Source: Octopus sinensis (taxonomy: Eukaryota). Taken from it: a DNA stretch of 64,000 nt. Position 1 is the first letter of the stretch. Each line of letters opens with the position of its first letter. This document shows, piece by piece, positions 24,223 to 36,501 of this stretch. The translations under genes and the position numbers were made by a program. Location of the stretch: the NCBI RefSeq assembly GCF_006345805.1, contig NC_042998.1, positions 146,878,001 to 146,942,000 of the forward strand, written 5' to 3'. The notes beneath the pieces were generated by a model. That model did not search any database. It saw only the letters and a list, made by a program, of their open reading frames with translations, and had not been told where the DNA came from.

Positions 24223-25659
24223 ATGAGGACGGGGCTAGAAAAGGTTGCCCTAAACATAGTCTGCCTCACCTCACCCTGGTCAGCAAATCGCGGCTGGCGG
24301 GGATCCTTTCCAAGCGGTCGAAACAAAGAAAGAAAACGAACAAAGGTGCTCACTTTCGCAACTTGGAACGTGAGAACTCTGCTTGACAACACCAAAGCGG
24401 ACAGACCAGAGAGACGAACTGCCTTGGTGGCCAGAGAACTGAGCCGATACAATGTCGATATCGCAGTACTGAGCGAGACCCGCCTTGCGGACAAAGGCCA
24501 GCTGACAGAGACAGGCGGCGGCTACACTTTCTTTTGGAGTGGTCGCAGCAGCGAAGAGCGTCGTGAGGCTGGTGTTGGTTTTGCCATCAAGTCAGTACAC
24601 GTGCGGAAACTGGAAAGCTCCCCCGAGGGTATCAACGATCGGCTGATGAAGATGCAGCTCCCACTTGGAAACAAGACTAGTGCGACCATCATTAGCGCTT
24701 ACGCCCCCACCATGACCAACCCTGAAGAAGTTAAGGACAGGTTCTATGAGGAACTCGACTCCCTCATCACGTCAGCCCAGCCTGGGAAGCTCATCCTCCT
24801 TGGGGACTTTAACGCCCGTGTCGGGACTGACCACCAAGCCTGGCATCGCGTACTGGGAAAGCAAGGAATCGGAAAGTGCTACAACAACGGGCAGCTCCTC
24901 CTGCGGGCGTGCGCCTCTCATGATCTTACCATCGCCAACACCTTGTTCCGTCTGCCAACACGCAACAAGACATCATGGATGCATCCACGCTCCAAACACT
25001 GCCATCTGATAGATTACGTCATCGGCAGGGCGAAAGACAGGCGGGACGTGAGACTGGTCAAAGCCATGTGTGGAGCTGATTGCTGGACGGACCATCACCT
25101 CATCATCTCCAGGATGGATTTCTACATCCAACCTAAGAGAAGACCACAGGGTCAGAAAGTGACGAGGAAGCTTAACATCACGAAATTAAAGAACCAGCTG
25201 ACTGCACAAGATCTCCAGTCACGTATGGACAGCAAGCTGTTGGACATTCGGAATGACCAGTCCAGCATCGATGAGCAGTGGGAATCATTCAGGGACACGG
25301 TTCATTCCATCGCCCTTGAAACTCTAGGCCAAATTACGAGGAACCACCAGGACTGGTTCGACGAAAACGACCAGGAAATCCAAAAGCTCCTGGAAGAGAA
25401 ACGCCGTCTGCTGCGGGCCCACCAAAATGACACTACCTGCACGGCAAAGAAGGCTGCTTTCAACAACTTTCGCAGCACAGTCCAGGCAAAACTCCGCCTC
25501 ATGCAAGACGCATGGTTAAGCGCCAAGGCGGGTGAGATTCAGGGATACGCAGACAAACACGACACCAAGAAATTATACGAGGCGCTGAAAGCTGTCTATG
25601 GACCGCAGTCCTCCTTTGGATCAATCCCCTGCTCAGCTCGGATGGAACCTCACTCCTGA
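24223..25659 (+). CDS. RTE ORF N-terminal part: apurinic endonuclease
   Basis: TWNVRTL, LSETR, SAYAPT, LGDFNARVG, IDYV, TDHHLI motifs; frame lost after GPQSS. Confidence 0.9.
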   Translation: MRTGLEKVALNIVCLTSPWSANRGWRGSFPSGRNKERKRTKVLTFATWNVRTLLDNTKADRPERRTALVARELSRYNVDIAVLSETRLADKGQLTETGGGYTFFWSGRSSEERREAGVGFAIKSVHVRKLESSPEGINDRLMKMQLPLGNKTSATIISAYAPTMTNPEEVKDRFYEELDSLITSAQPGKLILLGDFNARVGTDHQAWHRVLGKQGIGKCYNNGQLLLRACASHDLTIANTLFRLPTRNKTSWMHPRSKHCHLIDYVIGRAKDRRDVRLVKAMCGADCWTDHHLIISRMDFYIQPKRRPQGQKVTRKLNITKLKNQLTAQDLQSRMDSKLLDIRNDQSSIDEQWESFRDTVHSIALETLGQITRNHQDWFDENDQEIQKLLEEKRRLLRAHQNDTTCTAKKAAFNNFRSTVQAKLRLMQDAWLSAKAGEIQGYADKHDTKKLYEALKAVYGPQSSFGSIPCSARMEPHS

Positions 25660-27533
25660 CTAACAAGAGGCTGATCCTGGAGAGATGCGCGGAGCATTTC
25701 AACATCGTGCTCAACCGACCAGCCCAGATCAACGAGGAAGCCATCGCACGACTCCCCCAGGTGCCGACAAACCACGAGCTGGCTGTTCCCCCTGCAGTTG
25801 AGGAAGTGAGCAGAGCCATAAAAAAAATGTCCACCGGCAAATCTCCAGGCTCTGACGCCATCCCTGCAGAGGTGTTCAAGTCGGGCGGCCCTACCATGAT
25901 CAGTCAGCTCACCAGCCTGTTTCAGTCGATGTGGGACAGGGAACAACTCCCTCAAGATTTCCGGGACGCAACAATCGTCCACATTTATAAGCGGAAAGGA
26001 GATCGCCAGTCCTGCGACAACCACCGAGGAATCTCCCTCTTGTCCATAGCAGGCAAGATCCTGGCCCGAGTCTTGCTTGACCGCCTTCTGGAACACTTGG
26101 AGCAAGGCCTTCTCCCTGAGATCCAGTGTGGCTTCCGCGCGGGCCGAGGGACCACTGACATGATATTCGCCGCCCGCCAGCTCCAGGAGAAATGCATGGA
26201 GCAGCACCTTGACCTCTGCATGACCTTTGTTGACCTCACCAGGGCTTTCGATACAGTCAGTCGGGAGGGACTCTGGAAGGTTATGGGAAAATTTGGTTGC
26301 CCCAGCAAATTTATTGCAATTGTCTGCCAGTTCCACGACGGAATGACAGCCAGAGTCCTTGAAGACGGCAACTCATCTGAAGTCTTCCAGGTGACCAACG
26401 GAGTCAGGCAGGGCTGTGTCCTGGCCCCAACACTGTTCAGCATCATATTCTCAGCAATGCTGTCCGACGCCTTCAGGGACTGCAAGTCCGGTATCGACAT
26501 CAAGTACAGGACGGACGGGAAATTTTTCAACTCCAGAAGATTGCAGGCCGTCACAAAGGTGAGGGAGACAGTCGTCAGAGACTTTCTCTTTGCTGACGAT
26601 TGCGCCCTTAACGCAATCGATGAGCAGGAGATGCAGCTCGGGATGGACAGGTTCTCATCAGCCTGTGACAACTTCGGTCTCACCGTCAGTGCCAAGAAAA
26701 CCGAAGTGATGTTTCAGCCAGCCCCCGGCAAACAATACCATGAGCCTCAGATAAAGGTGAACGGACGGATCCTACGAGCGGTGGAAAACTTCACCTACCT
26801 AGGCAGCACTCTCTCCTGCAATGCCAACATAGATGCTGAAATCATCAACAGAATCTCCAATGCAAGCAGCGCGTTTGGGAGACTGCGAAAGAAAGTCTGG
26901 GAGCGGAGAGGAATCAGCCTCAACACCAAGCTGAAAGTCTACCGGGCAGTCGTGCTTGCCACCCTACTATACGGCTGCGAGACGTGGACTGCTTACCGAA
27001 GGCACGAGCGCCAGATAAACCACTTCCACCTCAGGTGTCTTCGGAACCTCCTTCACATCCGCTGGCAGGACAAAGTCCCAGACACGGAAGTTCTGAAGCA
27101 GGCAGATCTCCCTAGCACCATCACGATCATGCGCAAGGCCCAGCTGAGATGGGCAGGCCACGTCTCCCGCATGTCCGACACTCGCATCCCAAAACAGCTC
27201 TTCTACGGTGAACTCAGCCAGGGCAAACGCAAAGTCGGAGGGCAGAAGAAGCGCTTCAAGGACAGTCTCAAAGTCTCTCTCAAAGACTTCTCCATCGGAA
27301 CAGAGACTTGGGAGACACTTGCTGCCGACCGCTCATCCTGGCGCAGCGCAATCACCAGAGGAGCAAAGACAGCCGAGGAGAGACGGATTCAGTCAGCAGA
27401 ACAGAAACGCCAGATGCGGAAAGCCAATAGCACAGCCCCTACCCACTTCTGCCCCACCTGTGGGAGGGGCTTTCTTGCCCGGATTGGCCTCACCAGCCAC
27501 CTCCGGTCTCATTGCAGCAATTCCACCAAATGA
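25626..27533 (+). CDS. RTE ORF C-terminal part: reverse transcriptase + C2H2 finger
   Basis: PLLSSDGTSLLT.. continues into the track ORF 25707-27533: NHRGISLL, QCGFR, FVDLTRAFD, GVRQGCVLAP, LFADD, YLGS, CPTCGRGF..SHLRSH. Confidence 0.92.
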   Translation, partial: PLLSSDGTSLLTNKRLILERCAEHFNIVLNRPAQINEEAIARLPQVPTNHELAVPPAVEEVSRAIKKMSTGKSPGSDAIPAEVFKSGGPTMISQLTSLFQSMWDREQLPQDFRDATIVHIYKRKGDRQSCDNHRGISLLSIAGKILARVLLDRLLEHLEQGLLPEIQCGFRAGRGTTDMIFAARQLQEKCMEQHLDLCMTFVDLTRAFDTVSREGLWKVMGKFGCPSKFIAIVCQFHDGMTARVLEDGNSSEVFQVTNGVRQGCVLAPTLFSIIFSAMLSDAFRDCKSGIDIKYRTDGKFFNSRRLQAVTKVRETVVRDFLFADDCALNAIDEQEMQLGMDRFSSACDNFGLTVSAKKTEVMFQPAPGKQYHEPQIKVNGRILRAVENFTYLGSTLSCNANIDAEIINRISNASSAFGRLRKKVWERRGISLNTKLKVYRAVVLATLLYGCETWTAYRRHERQINHFHLRCLRNLLHIRWQDKVPDTEVLKQADLPSTITIMRKAQLRWAGHVSRMSDTRIPKQLFYGELSQGKRKVGGQKKRFKDSLKVSLKDFSIGTETWETLAADRSSWRSAITRGAKTAEERRIQSAEQKRQMRKANSTAPTHFCPTCGRGFLARIGLTSHLRSHCSNSTK

Positions 27534-29236
27534 TGTCAATGGTCATCTTCGAACCCGAAGGACGAACATTATTATTATTATATACTTAACTACATACCCA
27601 GAATTTTGAAAGCAAAATTTGTGACTGACGTAGTGAAAATGGTAATTTATAGTAGATTAGAAATGCTGGCTGGGAACAATAAGTAATAGGAAACGAATCT
27701 AAATGAGTCCTCATTTGCATAACTTTATAGCTCCATTTATGTGGCTGAAAGGGGTAGAATTTGAGTAGTCTGGGCATAAGAAGTGCACTCTCTAGAGAAT
27801 TCATTGAAAGTAGTATTGAAGATGTTACGTATTTTGTCCCATATTGTTATGACAGCGCAACTGTTTGGTAGTAAGTTTGTAGAAAGAAATGATAAAGGTA
27901 AAAAAAAAAAAGGAATATCTTTCACAATTGTTTTTAGATTTATCTTTAAAATCATATGAAAATCTTTATTGTTTTAGAAATGGTATTCTGTATCGAAGAT
28001 TCTAAGTACCCAAGAGCATTTCTGCAAGAGCCCTAGTTCAGTCATGAAAGCGGCATCATTACTTTTGCTCTATAAGTGAATGGGTTAACCTTTACTTCCG
28101 TTCTTCTAAAGTAAGTATTGGATTTCAAGAAGAGATGTGTTTCAATTTATAATCTATAACCAGCCAGAGAGTGAACATTTAAAATTCCATCAGTAATCAG
28201 AGTCAAATCTATTAAAATTAGGTCATTGACTTGACAAAATTCACAAGTTTTCGCAATTGCGAATATAAGAATATAATCATTTTTTGATGGACGTAAAATG
28301 ATGGAGATAAATAATTTTAAGTCACACATAAAGATGAAAATATCTTAGTTTCATAAATCTAGATCTGTTAAAACTTGATTATTTATTGGAATAGAAATCT
28401 GTCAGAATCTTAAATTCTCTCGATCGCCGTCAGTATGATCAAATTTATAACATTTAGTGATCTCACTTCTAGAAAAATATTCGCTTCTGAGAGATTTAGA
28501 ATTGGTTATTTAAATGAATAGAGATGTTGGAGAATTTAAATATCTGAAATGTTGAAATGACCACCTTTTATGACCAACATTTGACAACGTTGATTATTAT
28601 AATAGAATGTAATTTACTTGAGACATTGTAATGGTGTGTGATATAAATGTTTGAAAATACCTTTGAGCGATGCAGGTGAGAAGTTGAATAACCAGTTGGC
28701 AACATCATATTTATACGAGCTCTTTCAATATTTTCTTTCTTCTGTTTGGAAAGGGGAATGTTTTCCGACATATTATAGGATCATTAAACAAGAATCTATG
28801 TAAAATAATACGATATTTAACATTTTTTCATTTATTGACATCATCTCACATAGCTTGCCTAACTTCTTGTCTGCATTACTCAAAAGCTTTTTGAAAACAT
28901 TTATATGAATTTTAATAGAATTTTCAACTTCACTATGCATGTAATAACTATAATTAATTATTTCAGTGAACTGAACAAAAATCTTTCAAATTTTATAATT
29001 CTCTGAATTGACGTTATGTCATAATTTTCAGTTTTTTTTTCTGTGACTCAAGATTCCGTTTCTAGTTATATAATCCAAAGTAGATTTAATATTCTAATAT
29101 CCTTTTTATACACAGAACACATAGTTTCTGTCCACATAAAATGATTTTTCTTACCGACACTTTTTCAGCTATTATCAGTCCAATATAAATTTAAAGCCAG
29201 AAGTCAGATTAAGCATTGTTAAACATCTAAGCACAG

Positions 29237-29580
29237 GTACGGCTTTATAAGAAGCTCGCGTTGCAACCATTTGCTTTCGAGTTCGGTCTCACTGCGCAAC
29301 ACCTCGAGCAAGTGTCCTAGCTCCAGGCTGATCAATGCTATGTGAGTGAATTTTGGTCGACGGAAACTATGGAAGCACGTCGTTTATATCTATGTGTGTG
29401 TCTCTTGACGTCAGAGTTTGTGTCCCCCCCCCCCTCACACAACTTGACAACCAGTGTTGGTTTGTTAACGTACCTGCACTTCAGCGGTCCAGTAAAAGAG
29501 AATGATAGAATAAATACCAAACTTTAAAAAAAAAAAGTACTGTGGGCGATTTGTTCGACCAAATTCATTCAAGGCGGTAC
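29237..29580 (+). mobile_element. Diverged OK-related SINE
   Basis: GAGTTCGGTCTCACTGCG..GAGCAAGTGTC..GTGAGTGAATTTTGG..ACAACTTGACAACCAGTGTTGG. Confidence 0.7.
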
Positions 29581-30201
29581 AAAAGATAAGAGAGTTATCC
29601 CAACTACCTGCGTTCGGAGACAGTATTGTTTCGGCTTGCTAAATTTCTCATGGACGCCTTCCTTGTAGCTGTTTACAGCTACGTTCACCTACTTGTTTGA
29701 TATTTAAAACGTCTTCACCTACAAACTCAATTCATTGCCGATGACACAATATGAACCTCTGATCGTTTGCTTCCCTATTCTCTTGTCTACCCTCGAATTT
29801 TTTTGTAAAGGGGATAGTGTAGGGTAGTGGTGGTGGTAGTAGTGGGGATAAAATGTTTACGATTTAAAGTGAAATATTTAACTAAGAGTTATTGTAACTT
29901 AATGAGGTGAGGGATGGGACGAAAGGAAAATGAATTCGGGGAAGAAATGTTTAGGAAGGAAATTGAGAGAGAGTTGGGGGAGACAGGCAGACAGATAGAG
30001 AGAGAGGGAGACAGAGAGAGAAGGAGCGACAGAAAGAGGGGAGACAGTCAGACATATATATATATAGACAGAAAAGGGGCGAGAGGGGTAGTGGGGATAA
30101 GAGAAGGGGAAAGGGGGAATGGGAAGAGAGATGTGAAGGGAGACGAAGAGGGAGAGATAGCGAGATACTAAGAGAGTGACACTCACTCACTCAGTCACAC
30201 G

Positions 30202-30242
<41 letters not shown>

Positions 30243-30599
30243 ACAAACAGAGAGAAAAAAGCAGACAAGACAGAGTATGTGAATGAATGTTGAAGAGATG
30301 GAGAAGGCAAACAAAAATTAGATATAAAGGGATAAAATAGCAAAAAGTAAAGGCGAAGGAGGAGAAGGAGGAGGAGGAGACAAAAGTGAAACAAGAGATG
30401 AAGGTTTAAAGACAAGTGAATGTTTGTGGTGTATAAGAGAATGTTTATTAGTTGATTGAGTAACAGAAGAGAGCAGTTGCTTTTTTTTGTTTGTTTCTTG
30501 TTTTTCTTTTTGGTTTATTTAAAAAGGAAAAAGGCTTGTGTTTCTTGTAATGGCCTTGAGCTGTTAAGCTACACTGTATTACAGAGCTGGTACTATTTG

Positions 30600-31210
<611 letters not shown>

Positions 31211-31988
31211 ATAGGTTGAAAATATGTGGAAAACATAAAAAGTGGAAGAGAAATGCCTTCCTTTCACATAGCTTAATATCTTTTTATAAAGAAATTTTTT
31301 AAAAATATATATATATTTTATGGATGTAGTGATATCCACCCGGTTTTCGTTATTTAAATTAGCTTTTCAAGGGACATTGTGAAGTAATCAATTCTTGTGA
31401 CAAAGGAGTGTCACTATTTTGGATACTTGAAAAATAAGAAAGAGTCTAGAGAGTGGACCAAGGGAGGTAACTGGTGGCATACCTAACTGAAGGCTCGGAA
31501 TTCACATCAAAGCAAGGAGAAACATTAAGACCAACTTCGCATGTGCTTCTCAGAACCTTATCTATGTCCTAACCTGCTCAGGTTGTGGCCACAATTATGT
31601 TGGCCAAAGGAGCCTTACTTTGAGACGCAGAGTCACGCTGCATAAAGAACAGATTCGCTTTCCTCAATACAGGCAGATAGCCAGGAGTGAACATATCAAC
31701 AGATGCGCAAGAAATAAAACGCTGAATTTCCATATCTTTCCATTATACCAATGCAAAAATTCAATCTCCTTACAAGAACGCTTAAACAAGGAAAACCTGT
31801 TCATACAAAAGTACAGACCACACCTTAATATACAAACTTGAACACTTCAAAAATTATACTGAAGAGTTAGTTTCCCCCTTGCCACCTATTACCTCCCTTG
31901 GTCCACCCACTAGACTCATTCTTACTTTTCAAACATCCAAAATGGCGAGACCCCTTTCCTTTGTCACAAGAATTGATTACTTCACAGT

Positions 31989-32030
31989 GTCCCTTGAAAA
32001 GCTAATTTAAATAGCGAAAACCGGTAGGAT
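31989..32030 (+). ncRNA. Hammerhead-like motif, U3-A8 core (inverted twin at ~31331-31375)
   Basis: GTCCC TTGAAAA GCTA ATTTAAA TAGC GAAA ACCGG TA GGAT; 4-bp stem II, extra A after GAAA, weak stem I. Confidence 0.5.
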
Positions 32031-32054
32031 ATCACTACATCCATAAAATATATA

Positions 32055-32264
32055 CTCTTTTACTTGTTTCAGTCATTTGACTGCGGCCATGCTGGAGCAC
32101 CGCCTTTAATCGAGCAACTCGACCCCGGGACTTATTCTTTTGTAAGCCCAGTACTTATTCTATTGGTCTCTTTTGCCGAACCACTAAGTGACGGGGACAT
32201 AAACACACCAGCATCGGTTGTCAAGCAATGCTAGGGGACAAACACAGACACACAAACACACATA

Positions 32265-32328
<64 letters not shown>

Positions 32329-32515
32329 TATATATATATATATAGATATATATACGACGGGCTTCTTCAGTTTCCGTCTACCAAATCCACTCACAAGGCT
32401 CTGGTCGGCCCGAGGCTATAGTAGAAGACACTTACCCAAGGTGCCACGCAGTGGGACTGAACCCGGAACCATGTGGTTGGTAGACAAGCTACTTACCACA
32501 CAGCCACTCCTGCGC
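32055..32515 (-). mobile_element. Young OK-type SINE inserted in the right arm of the PLE
   Basis: Complete SINE in reverse, splitting the right inverted arm at a TA tract. Confidence 0.92.
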
Positions 32516-32696
32516 ATATTCAAAAAAATTTCTTTATAAAAAGATATTAAGCTATGTGAAAGGAAGGCATTTCTCTTCCACTTTTTATATATGCTTTCCA
32601 CATATTTTCAACTCTTAATTTTGCCACGTGGTGCATACAGAGTCTCCAGTATTTTTGCCCCTTTTATATATTTTTATATTTCTCATATATATATAT

Positions 32697-33042
32697 ACTA
32701 CGGAGATGTACTTGCATAGCGAGTGACTTGATCTGAGATCGTGTGCTGGAACGAAAACAATTGCAGTGTGGAGGGTGTTTATAAGCCATTTAAGAAACAC
32801 ACAAAACCGTTAGATTCACTTCAACATATAAATTTAATTTGTCAAAATATTTTCGTCGCTTTGAGACCGCGACCTGTTCACTGACAAAACTTCGTGATGC
32901 AGCACGAAGTTTTGTCCGTGAACAAGTCGCGGTCTCAAAGCGATGAAAATATTTTGACAAATTAAATTTATATGTTGAAGTGAATCTAACGGTTTTGTGT
33001 GTTTCTTAAATGGCTTAAAAACACCTCCCACGCTGCAATTGT
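32697..33042. mobile_element. Palindromic PLE-type terminal-repeat element
   Basis: ~140-bp arms 32757-32896 / 32903-33042 around a 6-nt loop, with a 60-nt one-sided tail ending in (TA)n. Confidence 0.8.
32838..32888 (-). ncRNA. Hammerhead-like motif, G3-C8 core (twin on + at 32911-32961)
   Basis: TTTGTCA GTGAACA G GTCGC GGTCTCAAA GCGAC GAAA ATAT TT TGACAAA: 7-bp stem I, 5-bp stem II, palindromic AAATATTT stem III. Confidence 0.6.
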
Positions 33043-33740
33043 ATGAGACTGGATGAAGCAACTCATTTTCTTGCTGCATTATACCACGATCATTGCATTG
33101 CAAGTATTGCATCATCATCATCTTGTACTTTTGCATCATTTTTGGGAGTTAAATTGGCTAGCATAGCTGTTGCTGAGTAAGTTTGAAATAGTCAGGTGAC
33201 AGATACTATTTTTATAAGAAATTTTTCCTGGAATTTGACCCGAATGTAATTGAGATTGCCAATAAAATATCTGGATAATTTTTAGTGTTTAAGGATTAAA
33301 ATTCTTTTCTGTGTACGATTCCAAGTCAATTTTCCCATAGTCTTAAGTGGGGCTAAATGAGTAATGTCTAATTTCAATAATTTCTTTTCGCATGATGCGT
33401 AAATACATCAGAAAGAGCTTCACTCTAACAGATCCTAAAGAAGCTGTAGAGAATATTTTATGTTGAGTTTTTAGATTTTGTTGAGTTTCGTTAATTTTCT
33501 ATCATGTGCCATTTTCCCATTATCTATCTTCTTTCATTTGACCTAGATATTAAAATTTTTTGTTGCATTTCTGATTCTTTCTGATGTCTAACGATGAATA
33601 TAAATGTATATGAGTCTTTTTTAAATGTAATCACATACAAGCACACACACACACACACACACACACACCACACACACCACCACCACCACCACCACCACCA
33701 CCACCACCACCATCACACCACACCACACACAACTCATACA

Positions 33741-34049
33741 CAGACACAGACTGGCACTCCGTCGGTTACAATGACAAGTGTTTTAGTCGACCCGATCAAT
33801 GGAACAGCCTGCTTGTGAAATTAAAGTGCAAGTAGCGGAGTATTGCACAGGGACACGTAACCTTAACGTAATTCTCAGAGAGATTCAGCGAGACACAAAA
33901 CGTGACAAGACTGGCTCTTTGAAATACAGCTGAGTGCACTGGAGCAGAGTGAAATAAAGTGTCTTGCGCAAGGACAAAACGCGCAGCGGGGAATTGAACT
34001 CAAGATCGTAATCCGAATACCCTAACCACTAACCCAAGCGCCTTCACCA
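33741..34049 (-). mobile_element. tRNA-derived CORE-like SINE
   Basis: Reverse: GGCGCTTGGGTTAGTGGTTAGGG..GAGTTCAATTCCCC..CCTTGCGCAAGACACTTT. Confidence 0.75.
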
Positions 34050-36501
34050 CACACAGATACACACACTCATGAACACACATGTGTTGGCGTACATGCTGAT
34101 ATCTGTTGTAGCCTGTTGGATTCAAAGGCTGGTGGGTTGATAGTGATGATGATATGGGTTACATTGGTTTAGAAGTTAATGATAGTGGTCAGGTATTCTT
34201 GGTGGTGTGGGGTTATATTGTTCTTGCTAATTGTATTGCTGTGGCTCTTTAGTCTCAAGTCAAACCTCATATACTTAAGATCAAAGACATTTCATTCAAC
34301 TTTTAAAATACAATAGAACCAGTTCAATAGTAACGTTTTCCTTTTATGGTAAAATATGGACCTAATTCAATAAAATTATGAAGGTTACTCTGATTACTCT
34401 GCATAAATACAAAATATTTAATTTTTTTTGTAGATTAAGTAGGCATAATCCGCCCCTGCCTTTCAATCTCAGTATTAAAGCTACACATAGGACTGCTGTA
34501 GTACACGATCTGCGTACATTCCTGCAACAACGTTTTCTTTACGCACTATAAAGGCAGAAGTAAATTTGCCTACAACTCAGTCGCGCGCCTGTGTTTCGCT
34601 TTTTGTGTGTGTGTTTTACTACATAAACGTCATCAACTACCTACCTTGAGTAATTACTGACGGCACGTGCCTGAGGAGATCACCACATTATATGTTTTAT
34701 TTGAAACAAATTTGCTGATCTACTTCATCATATATTACTGTTGGTGATTGTGTTCGTGTTAATGATACACACACACACACATTTATGTATATATCTATGT
34801 TTTTTTTTAACACGGCATGTTTTTGAAGAGATTCTCTCCCGGATAAAAGCCACAGCATCATACTTCTCAACGATGTAAAGACGTGTAATAATAGTACATA
34901 GCTGTTTTTATTAATTTGATGCTATTTCTATTGCGTATCTCGAATTTTTAAGTGAATCAAATTCTTTACACTGATAGATTACCATGATCACATGACTGAT
35001 AGATTGTTTTATTGATAGTTTATTTTATTGATCGATGAAAAACTGGACCATTGTAGGATTTTCCTTAAGAATAAAGAAGAACAGAACTAAGTACACTATT
35101 GTGTCTTTATCATCACCACAACGCTGTATTCGTGGCCAAAACTATTCATTCTTAAAGGCCAAGTTCAACTAGGTCTAAACAAGTAGATACTTGATGATGT
35201 AGGTTCCTTGTTGTATACGATGCAAAATTAGCCATTTTATGGCCAACATCAATGGTAAAATCAACTTTCACCTTCACATTATTGTTCAAGAATGAGATAC
35301 ATTAGGTAACTTTTACAATTGTTGAATCATTACGTGAAGACCAAACTCTCAGTGCTTTCAAAGTAACGTCTTAGAATTACGGACAAAACACAACCATCAC
35401 CACAATATACACAAGAACGTTGAGTTTAGATAGGAGGAGGACATTTAAGAAGCAGTGCATTAGCAGCATACGTGCAAATAGGGTTAGGGCCGGCCCCATG
35501 GTCATTGGTGGCTCGGACAAGCTCAATTTAGATGTCCTTACAAATATTTTAAATACTTTTCGTAAAAGAGAGTAAAAACTGAAATTGTAGGAATAGTGTC
35601 CATTTAATTTTATTTATGAAATATGAGAATAAGATAATAATTTTCATGTGCGTTGAAAATCAAAACAGTGGCATACATATTCATTCTTAATACGTTTCGA
35701 CAGATTCAAACGTGAATATACTAATTGTTGTATTTCGTTATCGGGGAACAAGTTATACTTTCAGAAGAATGTGTGTTCGTCATATCCACAAGGGGACTTA
35801 GAGATAAAGATTTTTCAACCATGTTGTGTTTATCTTCAGTCAAAGCTACTCCAGATCAATGAATGTAGCTAGAATTTTGTTCTTGTTTATAAAACCCATC
35901 AAACAAATTATTTATTGATACATGTTGACGTCTACTAAACTGATAATAATTAGTCATGTGTAGAGTGAACAACAAGAATCAAAACAATGACACATATTCA
36001 TTCTAAATACATTCCGGCAGATTCGAACTTGAATGTGCTAATCGCTGTTGTATTTCGTCAACAGCGAATAAAATAATTATTTTAATTATTATTTTAATAT
36101 CCCCACTTTGTATTTCGAAGACCCTCCCTCCTACTCAGACTTGACGCATCGTCCTTTAGCACATGGCACCCACTGTGGGATGACGTCAGCAGCTGGGGAG
36201 CTGACCGGAACTTGGGGCTGACCGGAAGAGGAAGGTGCAGCAGTGACGCGCGCGCAGGCAGGGCAGGATTTAGCCTTTTTCGATCGAGGCAGCCGAGGCA
36301 ACCGAGGGAGTGAGACGCGTGAGCACGTTGTTAAGGTAGGGGAGAAGCAGCTGCTATTTCTAGTGTTTGGGTCGGGCTGCATTGAAGGGTCCATTACCGC
36401 TGAAAGGTCTCCGTCGAGCGAAGAGAAGGTAGGTGTCCTTATTTCGAATCTCTCGCATACAACACAAGCTATTTCGGCGCTCCATATAAGACATCACCAC
36501 G

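Larger units (their letters stand above)
23611..27579 (+). mobile_element. Near-intact, apparently full-length RTE-clade LINE
   Basis: ~610-nt GC-rich 5'UTR, APE + RT + C2H2 ORF broken by one frameshift near 25620, short 3'UTR and (ATT)n tail; clearly more GC-rich than its flanks. Confidence 0.95.
31215..32612 (+). mobile_element. 5'-truncated Penelope-like element (GIY-YIG end) with inverted terminal arms
   Basis: Coding remnant 31480-31841 (NLIYVLTCSGCGHNYVGQ..RRRVTLH..KENLFIQKYRPHLN). Left arm 31215-31479 is the reverse complement of 31880-32054 + 32516-32612. Confidence 0.9.

Noticed and set aside
27930-28800. AT-rich stretch with moderately long open runs on the minus strand
   Set aside because: Multiple stops and no recognisable motif in the frames I translated.
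35660-36062. Two diverged ~85-bp direct repeats (35660-35745, 35977-36062)
   Set aside because: Old local duplication or repeat fragments with no interpretable structure.
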